Positions 47,128 to 53,010 of a stretch of 53,010 nucleotides of DNA are shown piece by piece (positions within the stretch are counted from its first letter, which is position 1; every line of letters begins with the position of its first letter). The notes beneath the pieces were generated by a model. It was given only the letters and a program-made list of their open reading frames with translations. It made no database searches and was not told the origin of the DNA. The translations under genes and the position numbers were made by a program. The stretch comes from a virus (taxonomy: Duplodnaviria; Caudoviricetes): IMG/VR virus record IMGVR_UViG_3300048881_000349, positions 1 to 53,010 of that record; one strand, written 5' to 3'.

Positions 47128-47282
47128 AGATGCGGTGAATGCCCGGTGGTGACGGGCAGCAGAAGCAGATGGATAGCGGGCGAGGCTTCGGCCCTGAGTA
47201 GGTCTTTCGGGATAGTCGAAAGGGATTAGTTCGGAGATAGCCGTCTCCCATCAAGCCGGGATCACTTCCGGTCACCGCGTCT
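47128..47282 (+). ncRNA. C4/CI-like cloverleaf RNA
   Basis: P1 AGATGCGGTGA/TCACCGCGTCT, P2 TGCCCG/CGGGCA, P3 GATGG/CCATC with inserted hairpins, P4 GCCGG/CCGGT; loop-loop GGTGA/TCACT complementarity. Confidence 0.65.
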
Positions 47283-47304
47283 CATTTAAACGGGAGGATT
47301 GGGT

Positions 47305-47484
47305 ATGACAACTAACGTAACGATTCAGGCGCACTGCTCCGACGACAAAGAGGTCGTCGTTTCTATGCAAGACGGCAGCTACGGCGAAACTCACGTTCTT
47401 CAAAATGGCGAAGAACAGACGCTTTACGCCTTTGATGATCGTGTGATCAGCGTGAAAGAGCGGGCGAAAGAAAGCACGGAATGA
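47305..47484 (+). CDS. 59-aa protein embedded in structured RNA region
   Basis: GGGAGG RBS; beta-rich ORF. Confidence 0.7.
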   Translation: MTTNVTIQAHCSDDKEVVVSMQDGSYGETHVLQNGEEQTLYAFDDRVISVKERAKESTE

Positions 47485-47580
47485 GACAGGCGACTGACTG
47501 CCGTAAGCAGTCCGCATCTGGGAGCCCTCTGGTAAAGGCTGGCCAGCGCCCGGAAAGCCAAAGTACACGGCCTACGGGAT

Positions 47581-47622
47581 GTGATTTGTGGTGCGTCGGT
47601 TCGATTCCGACAGATCACGCCA
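47581..47622 (+). ncRNA. tRNA-like minihelix (acceptor plus T arm, no D or anticodon arm)
   Basis: GTGATTT/AGATCAC 7-bp stem, GTCGG-TTCGATT-CCGAC T arm, ends G-CCA. Confidence 0.6.
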
Positions 47623-47804
47623 GAGGGTTCCGCAGATGCGAAGGGTTGGGAGATCCCGGCCGGCATCACAGCAACGATGGTTGCGAACTTGTAGAACGCC
47701 GAGAGGCGTCCAGTAGTGGCCGAGCCCAGGTCGCGTGAAGGGGGCAGGCGGGGCAATACCTGTCAGCGGACTTCACGCACTTATTCACCGAAACGGAGGC
47801 CGTC

Positions 47805-48167
47805 ATGGCAGACCCAATCAGATTTGGCTCACCCGAATACTTCTAGGCAGTCGATCAGCAGGTAAACGCCATGCTGGCCCCGCAATTGGCAGCCGGGATC
47901 ATGAAGCAGGAACAGGCGAACGAATACCGCGCCGACGCTCAACACAAGGCTCAGAAGGCCGTCAGCAAATTCTACGGCAACAGCAGGTATGACGGGTTTG
48001 GAAAGTTGGTGCGTGATGCCCAAAAGGCTGGAACCAAGAATGAAGAGCGCGTTGTGTTGCCGTTCCCCGTTGTGACTGACCCGCTTCAGAAACATGAGCT
48101 GACAAGGATCAGAAAGCAGCGCAGTAAATCCAAGGCTCGCCGCAAGAGCATGAAGAAAGCTGCATAG
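47805..48167 (+). pseudogene. Basic protein gene with in-frame TAG at codon 14
   Basis: GGAGG RBS at ATG 47805; TAG 47844-47846; same frame continues to 48167. Confidence 0.6.
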
Positions 48168-48174
48168 CAGACAC

Positions 48175-48212
48175 AAAAAAGCCCGGCAGGCTACCAACCA
48201 AATACCGGGCTT
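48175..48212 (-). terminator. Hairpin with A-run on its 5' side (minus-strand or bidirectional terminator)
   Basis: AAAAAAGCCCGG...CCGGGCTT. Confidence 0.6.
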
Positions 48213-48239
48213 CACATAAAACAAGTTGGAGCTTACCAA

Positions 48240-49412
48240 ATGTTATTCAAAAGCGCTCGAATATTCAGGTTCACGCGCCCGGTGCAAATAATGCCGGAGT
48301 CGCTGGACGAAATACTTTCCGCTGACGCCTTCAAACCGTGCGGTCCGCAAGAGTTATCCCGGCAGGGCTGGGTATTTCCGCAGGGCAAGCATGGTGAGAG
48401 TTTTGTTCGGGCTATTGGCGGATTCATGCTGATCTGCCTACAGCGCCAAGAGAAGATCCTGCCTGCCCAGGTGGTGAAGGAGTACGTCGACGAGAAAGCC
48501 GAGGCCATCGAGGCCGAGCAGATGCGCAAGGTTCGCCGCAAAGAACGCGATGAGATCAAGGAGCAGGTTCTGCTTGAAATGATGCCGCAGGCATTTGTAC
48601 GCAACAAGCGCACATACGGATACCTGGCCCTACAGGACGGTCTATTGGTCGTGGACGCCAGCAACTCGAATGCGGCCGAGCACTTCGCCAGTTCCCTCCG
48701 CAAATCCCTTGGCTCACTCCCTGTGCGTCCGCCTGTCGTGGAACAGGCCCCGGCCTTCACCTTTACCGGCTGGCTGAACGAATCCATCGACTTGCCGGAT
48801 CAGATCACGCTGGGCGCCGATGCCTGGATGGTCGACCCGTCAGAAGACGGCGGGAAAGTGATTGCCCGCGGGCTCGACCTGAACAGTGACGAAGTACGCG
48901 GCCATCTGGATGCCGGTATGCAGGCTACCAAGATCACCATGACCTGGGACGACAACGTGTCGTTCTGCCTGGACGAGGAACTTGGCATCACCCGCCTGCG
49001 GTTCGGTGACACCTTTCACGAAAAGCTGGACGACATCGATGCGGACGACGCTGCAGCACGATTCGATGCCGCCTTCTCCCTGATGACCCTGGAGCTTTCC
49101 CGGATGATTCCGGCGCTGCTGGAGGCACTGGGTGGTGAGGATCGGACGGCCATCACTGAGGAAGCGGTTTCAGAGGCGCCACCGCCGAGCAGGCAGGGCG
49201 ATGATGATGTCCTGTACCCGCAGGCGGTAAGCCTGGTGGCAGCTACTCAAAAGGCGTCTATCTCCAGCATCCAGCGGCATTTCAAAATCGGATTCAACCG
49301 CGCGGCAAACATGATCGAGGAAATGGAGGATAACGGCGTAATCAGCAGGCCGAACTATGAAGGGGTTCGAGAGGTTTATATCCAGCAACCGCCGTCCGTG
49401 GCAACCGCCTAA
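48240..49412 (+). CDS. rdgC: RdgC fused to a C-terminal FtsK-gamma winged helix
   Basis: FK.ARIFR, F.PCG.QE..R.GW, EKILPA.VV, LRKSLGSLPV; then LY.QA...ASIS.IQRHFKIGFNRAA...ME..GVIS. Confidence 0.92.
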   Translation: MLFKSARIFRFTRPVQIMPESLDEILSADAFKPCGPQELSRQGWVFPQGKHGESFVRAIGGFMLICLQRQEKILPAQVVKEYVDEKAEAIEAEQMRKVRRKERDEIKEQVLLEMMPQAFVRNKRTYGYLALQDGLLVVDASNSNAAEHFASSLRKSLGSLPVRPPVVEQAPAFTFTGWLNESIDLPDQITLGADAWMVDPSEDGGKVIARGLDLNSDEVRGHLDAGMQATKITMTWDDNVSFCLDEELGITRLRFGDTFHEKLDDIDADDAAARFDAAFSLMTLELSRMIPALLEALGGEDRTAITEEAVSEAPPPSRQGDDDVLYPQAVSLVAATQKASISSIQRHFKIGFNRAANMIEEMEDNGVISRPNYEGVREVYIQQPPSVATA

Positions 49413-49454
49413 AAAAACGAAAGCCCCGGAGCTTTGGGAGCAGGCGGGGCTTTC
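49411..49454 (-). terminator. Hairpin with A-run on its 5' side (minus-strand or bidirectional terminator)
   Basis: AAAAAAACGAAAGCCCCG...CGGGGCTTTC. Confidence 0.6.
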
Positions 49455-49484
49455 AGTTACCAACGTAACCAGAGGTATTGAAGC

Positions 49485-49688
49485 ATGAACACCGAGAGAA
49501 TTCAACGCAAGCTCAATATTGTCAGGCTCCGCATCCGTAGCGCGATATGCCGCCTGGTCGTAGAGCTTGAACCAGCCGGGAGCACTGAATCCGAAACCCT
49601 CCGGAAGAACTACGCGAGAGCACACGGCGAACTACAGCGCGCCCTGCTGAAAGACCGGGAAAGCGACATCAACCGGAGGTCGTTCTAA
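49485..49688 (+). CDS. Hypothetical protein
   Basis: GAGG RBS; TAATG-coupled to O. Confidence 0.65.
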   Translation: MNTERIQRKLNIVRLRIRSAICRLVVELEPAGSTESETLRKNYARAHGELQRALLKDRESDINRRSF

Positions 49689-50632
49689 TGGGTGAGGTCG
49701 TCTATCTCGAACCGGAGGATACCGTGGATGAGCCAAACCTGCATGACGGCTACTGCAAGGTAGTCAACGCCTTGGCAGAGGGCCTGGCCAGCCACCCACT
49801 TACGTCTATTCAGCAGCGTGTCGTGTGGGCCGTTATTCGCATGACCTACGGCTGGGGAAAGCCCAAGGATGTCATTGCCGCCATTCAGCTTGCAGAGGTG
49901 TCTGGATTAACCCGACAGCAGTGCTCATCAACCATCACGCAACTGATCGAACTCGGCGTCATTATCCGAGAAGGTGGAAGCCGATCACCGATCAAAATCA
50001 ACACAAAAATCAGCCAATGGAGCTTCCCAAAAAAGGCCACAAAGGGCCTGATTTCAGACCGAGTGAACACAAATAATAAGTTCTGTTCACTGAACAGTAA
50101 TTCTGTTCATTCAACGAACAGTAATTATAGGCACACCAAAGAAAAAAGAAAAAAAGATAAGAACACTCCGTGTTCTACGTCCAAAAATTCACCTGTTCAA
50201 ACCTCACCCGAAAAGCGAAGACCCGACGCCGCTATCCAGAATCCCTCCGGAACCAAGTACGGACACCAGATCGATCTGGAGATCTCAGAAATCATCGCAA
50301 CAGCCGTAGACGCAAAACTCGAACAGGACGCCCCCGCTAATCGAAACATGGCTGACTGGGCAAACACCGTTCGACTGATGCGTGAACGCGATAACCGAGA
50401 TCCAGCAGCTATCCGGGCGCTGTTTGCCTGGGCGCACTCAGATTCGTTCTGGTGGCAGAACATCCTGAGCCCGCAATCCCTCCGAGCGAAGTGGCCCCAA
50501 CTGGCCGCGAAACGGAACAGTCAACGAAACGGTGAAGGCTATGAAGCAGGTAGGAAAGATACTCAACGAAGTGGTGACCTCGACCGGCAGTTCACCGACC
50601 TCCAATACGCCCGCGACACGTTCGAAGACTAG
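49688..50632 (+). CDS. Replication initiator, lambda O-like
   Basis: DGYCKV.N.L.E...RV..AVIR.TYGW.K N-terminus; WA..VRLMRE.D, DSFW.QNILSP..LR.KW.QL C-terminus. Confidence 0.9.
   Translation: MGEVVYLEPEDTVDEPNLHDGYCKVVNALAEGLASHPLTSIQQRVVWAVIRMTYGWGKPKDVIAAIQLAEVSGLTRQQCSSTITQLIELGVIIREGGSRSPIKINTKISQWSFPKKATKGLISDRVNTNNKFCSLNSNSVHSTNSNYRHTKEKRKKDKNTPCSTSKNSPVQTSPEKRRPDAAIQNPSGTKYGHQIDLEISEIIATAVDAKLEQDAPANRNMADWANTVRLMRERDNRDPAAIRALFAWAHSDSFWWQNILSPQSLRAKWPQLAAKRNSQRNGEGYEAGRKDTQRSGDLDRQFTDLQYARDTFED
50061..50200. promoter_or_regulatory. Replication origin: iterons plus A-rich tract inside O
   Basis: TTCTGTTCA at 50081 and 50101, GAACAGTAATT twice, followed by AAAGAAAAAAGAAAAAAGATAA. Confidence 0.7.
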
Positions 50633-51062
50633 GAGGTTTAGCCAGGATGAAATCGACAAAACATCCATGTTCTTCGCGCGATTGGTCACGATCTACGGCC
50701 GGTCAAAAACAAAGACCATTTGGGGCGACTCCGAGCAACAGTTGCGGGTTACTCGCCGGGAGTGGGCCAAAACCATTGGCCAGTTCTCCGTCGACCAACT
50801 GGAAACCATGCTGGACAAGCTCAAGCAGCGGTTATCCCAGAACGATGAGCGTTACGCTTGGCCGGACATCCCCAAGGTGCTCGGGCTCGTCAATGAGTCG
50901 GAAGTCAAGGCCGCACACAAGGTTCTGCCGAGAGGGTTACCGGAACCTGAATGGCGCAAAGAGCAACGCCAGGCTATCGGAAAGATCGCCAGTCAGACAG
51001 CGCTCGCTGTTGTCGCCGGTAAAGCCTGCTTCATCGAGGATCGGCCGGGAGATGAATCATGA
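50541..51062 (+). CDS. Helicase loader, lambda P-like
   Basis: FF.RL..IYG...RREWA...WP....AAHK.L.R.LP pattern; overlaps O. Confidence 0.65.
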   Translation: MKQVGKILNEVVTSTGSSPTSNTPATRSKTRRFSQDEIDKTSMFFARLVTIYGRSKTKTIWGDSEQQLRVTRREWAKTIGQFSVDQLETMLDKLKQRLSQNDERYAWPDIPKVLGLVNESEVKAAHKVLPRGLPEPEWRKEQRQAIGKIASQTALAVVAGKACFIEDRPGDES

Positions 51063-51922
51063 AACACGATGAACTGATGATCCGGCTTGCCGATTACCTG
51101 GGCAGCATTTCTGGTCGAATGATGTGGACCGACATGCAACTGGGCCCGTCTGGCAGTCCGCGGCCTGACGTGTATGCGATGGACAAGAGCTTTGCCCACC
51201 CCAAACCAGTGTCCTACGAGGTCAAGGTATCCCTGTCCGACTTCCGGAGCGATGTCACGAAAGGCAAATGGCAATCCTATCTGGAGTTTTCCGGCGCCGT
51301 GATCTTTGTCGTACCGAAAGGCTTGATCACCAAGAACGATGTCCCGAACGGTTGCGGGCTAATGACCTACAACGAGGAAACGGACACGTTTGCGTCAGTG
51401 AAGAAGCCGACACTGCACCCGGTCACCCTCCCGCAGCGGGTCATGCTGAAACTGTTGATCGATGGCGCAGACCGCGTTCACCAGGTCAACCGTCGCAAGT
51501 TGCTGGACGAGTACAGCATCGAGAAGCGGGTACGGAAGGTGCTGGGTGACGAGGTTGCGGCCGCCGTCTTCGATATCAGGAAGGCTGAACAGCGCCGGGA
51601 TTATGAGCTTCAGCGCATTCAGCTCTCCATCGATCTAGCCAAACGGCAGGCTGAAAGCATTCAAGAAGATGTTCGGCGGGAGCGCGAGCGCGTCGATGAG
51701 TACGCGAGAGAGACTTATGCCGACTTGTACCAGATTCTCGGTATCAATCCAGAGGAAAAGATGGGCGCTTATCAGTTCCGGTATCGGATCAGAGAACTGA
51801 AAGAGGCGCTGTCCCGGGATACCGCGATCACGGACCTAGAAAACCAGATTGACCAGATCCGCAAGGCGGTGAGTCGCACTACACCGATGGAGAAACTGCA
51901 GGCCGCCGGAGGTGGATCATGA
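51059..51922 (+). CDS. MmcB-like PD-(D/E)XK protein with coiled-coil extension
   Basis: RPDV...YEVKVS.SDFRSD...KW.SY...FVVP.GL...P..CGL. Confidence 0.75.
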   Translation: MKHDELMIRLADYLGSISGRMMWTDMQLGPSGSPRPDVYAMDKSFAHPKPVSYEVKVSLSDFRSDVTKGKWQSYLEFSGAVIFVVPKGLITKNDVPNGCGLMTYNEETDTFASVKKPTLHPVTLPQRVMLKLLIDGADRVHQVNRRKLLDEYSIEKRVRKVLGDEVAAAVFDIRKAEQRRDYELQRIQLSIDLAKRQAESIQEDVRRERERVDEYARETYADLYQILGINPEEKMGAYQFRYRIRELKEALSRDTAITDLENQIDQIRKAVSRTTPMEKLQAAGGGS

Positions 51923-52089
51923 GCACACCCAGACGCAACCCCCAATGCAACTGCATCAACTGTGATCGCTCCTGCTTCCGTGGCAAGAGCGGAACGGTAC
52001 ACCGCGCCACCAACAAGGAAACCGCCAGGATCCGCCTGAAGTCACTGCGGGACTGGCTGACAGGAGAAGGGGAAAAGCCATGCCTCTGA
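51919..52089 (+). CDS. Small Cys-rich protein
   Basis: Own translation MSTPRRNPQCNCINCDRSC...; GGAGG RBS. Confidence 0.5.
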   Translation: MSTPRRNPQCNCINCDRSCFRGKSGTVHRATNKETARIRLKSLRDWLTGEGEKPCL

Positions 52090-52379
52090 TCGGATTCGAC
52101 TGTAACGGTAAGCCGCTGTATGCGGGTGATCGGTGTGTGTTGCTGGAAGGTGACCCGCTAGAGCCGGCACTGAGAGCGGGAATGATTGTGCAGGTATCCG
52201 CGAAGCACAAAGAGTCGTTCGTGACCATCGACATTGACTTGCCTAGTTGGGACACGGTGGCAGTAAACACAGACATTCTACGCAAGCTCCCCAAGGACCA
52301 GCACCACTCCGCAGACAGATCCTTTGCCGACATGATGCGCGGGATCAAGACGCTTATGCCGGAGGTGAAACAGTTATGA
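52080..52379 (+). CDS. Hypothetical protein (SH3/KOW-like)
   Basis: DCNGKPLYAGD.C motif. Confidence 0.65.
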   Translation: MPLIGFDCNGKPLYAGDRCVLLEGDPLEPALRAGMIVQVSAKHKESFVTIDIDLPSWDTVAVNTDILRKLPKDQHHSADRSFADMMRGIKTLMPEVKQL

Positions 52380-52651
52380 ATCCGGCATTGAACGATAAGC
52401 GGGGCGGCATTGTCGCATTGTCCGACAATATCGCAGTAGATCATAAGCACGGGTGCCAGAACCGCGACCGGTCGGCACTCAGTTCGCCGTACATCGTGCC
52501 CAACGGCTTCAAGGAGGACGGTTCGAAGCGATTCAGGACTGTCCGTACTGATTGGGCGGAGGGTGATTCAGGGCGCTGCCAGTACGCCAAGACGGCAGAG
52601 GGGCAGGGCGATCCTGGGTGTGTTGGGTGTATTTGGAGGGTGGGCGAGTGA
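52376..52651 (+). CDS. Hypothetical Cys-containing protein
   Basis: GGAGG RBS; HGC.NR...CQY...DPGC.GC. Confidence 0.65.
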   Translation: MNPALNDKRGGIVALSDNIAVDHKHGCQNRDRSALSSPYIVPNGFKEDGSKRFRTVRTDWAEGDSGRCQYAKTAEGQGDPGCVGCIWRVGE

Positions 52652-52824
52652 AAGCCGAGAAGCAACCTGAAATCGAGAGCAAGTCGTTCTTCATCGACTC
52701 CCCGACCTTCCTCGCCCGCCGAGAGATCCGCCAGGGAGAAAGCGAACACCAGATACGCCGGGACATTGAGACATTCGAGCCCTGGCGGCTGCCAGTGACG
52801 ATTACGGAGGTGACAAGTGACTGA
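52648..52824 (+). CDS. Hypothetical protein
   Basis: GGAGG RBS; GTGA coupling. Confidence 0.55.
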   Translation: MKAEKQPEIESKSFFIDSPTFLARREIRQGESEHQIRRDIETFEPWRLPVTITEVTSD

Positions 52825-53010
52825 CCCCAACATGAAAGCCAACATCCTCCGCGTACTGGAACAGCGCGGACCGCTACTGATCGGCAGCATTGCCTGGGCC
52901 ATCAGGACGACGGAGTACGCGGCACAGGGTGCCATGAATGAACTGGTGGACGAGGGCCGCACTGAGCGTCATGAGGATGGGCGGCGGTATCAACTGACAG
53001 AGAGCGGGCC
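52817..53010 (+). CDS. Winged-HTH protein spanning the circular junction (stop at 147-149)
   Basis: ILRVLEQRGPLLIGSIAWAI...AMNELVDEG...YQLT reads through the terminal overlap to TGA 147-149. Confidence 0.75.
   Translation, partial: MTDPNMKANILRVLEQRGPLLIGSIAWAIRTTEYAAQGAMNELVDEGRTERHEDGRRYQLTESG
52884..53010. repeat. Terminal direct repeat, copy 2
   Basis: Identical to 1-127. Confidence 0.95.

Larger units (their letters stand above)
1..53010. mobile_element. Complete temperate phage genome (lambdoid regulation, podovirus-type virion module), circularly permuted
   Basis: Integrase, repressor, replication, lysis, packaging and capsid genes are all present; terminal 127-nt identity; no host housekeeping genes. 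Confidence 0.95.

Noticed and set aside
46860-47130. Self-cleaving ribozyme or HK022 put-type element
   Set aside because: Hammerhead, HDV/theta and twister cores not found by eye; put-like paired stems only loosely similar
47530-47622. Functional or amber-suppressor tRNA for the TAG at 47844
   Set aside because: No D arm or anticodon arm can be folded between the acceptor strands; the nearby CTA is not in a canonical anticodon loop
46706-47756. Short ORFs on both strands across the structured region (46706-47087, 47272-47568, 47424-47756, 47481-47738)
   Set aside because: No RBS or protein-like composition; the sequence is better explained by RNA stems
52884-53010. Biological terminal repeat (T7-like DTR)
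   Set aside because: Length equals a typical assembler k-mer and the junction lies mid-gene, so it is an assembly overlap

Overview
The window is an apparently complete temperate dsDNA phage genome. Bases 1-127 are identical to 52884-53010 and a gene reads across that junction, so the unique length is about 52,883 bp. It is in the circular (attP-joined) state with no host flank. The regulation is lambdoid: cI/cro with ATAGC-N3-GCTAT operators, a leftward ERF/exonuclease operon, a rightward RdgC/O/P/nin/Q operon, and a late promoter followed by terminators. The virion module is podovirus-like: TerS, TerL, portal, scaffold, P22-type coat, adaptor/nozzle, tail fibre, ejection proteins and a 2,700-aa polyvalent protein, with no tape measure or sheath. 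The host is probably a marine gammaproteobacterium (Marinobacter-like; inference only). Highlights: (1) the integrase stop codon overlaps an ATG that starts M-H-HTPMM, the conserved MutS N-terminal motif, giving a mutS att core with a replacement start codon, while a second complete att-like site lies on the other side of the integrase; (2) a ~1.1 kb nested structured-RNA region in the early right operon holds a C4/CI-like cloverleaf, an armless tRNA minihelix ending in CCA and an ORF looped out by a stem; (3) an inverted SAM-methyltransferase moron is divergent from a lyase-like/FN3/Ig appendage cluster placed before the terminase; (4) the giant virion protein carries ParB, pyrophosphatase, GNAT, JAB and LPD38-like domains. 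All domain calls come from motif recognition by eye, not database searches.
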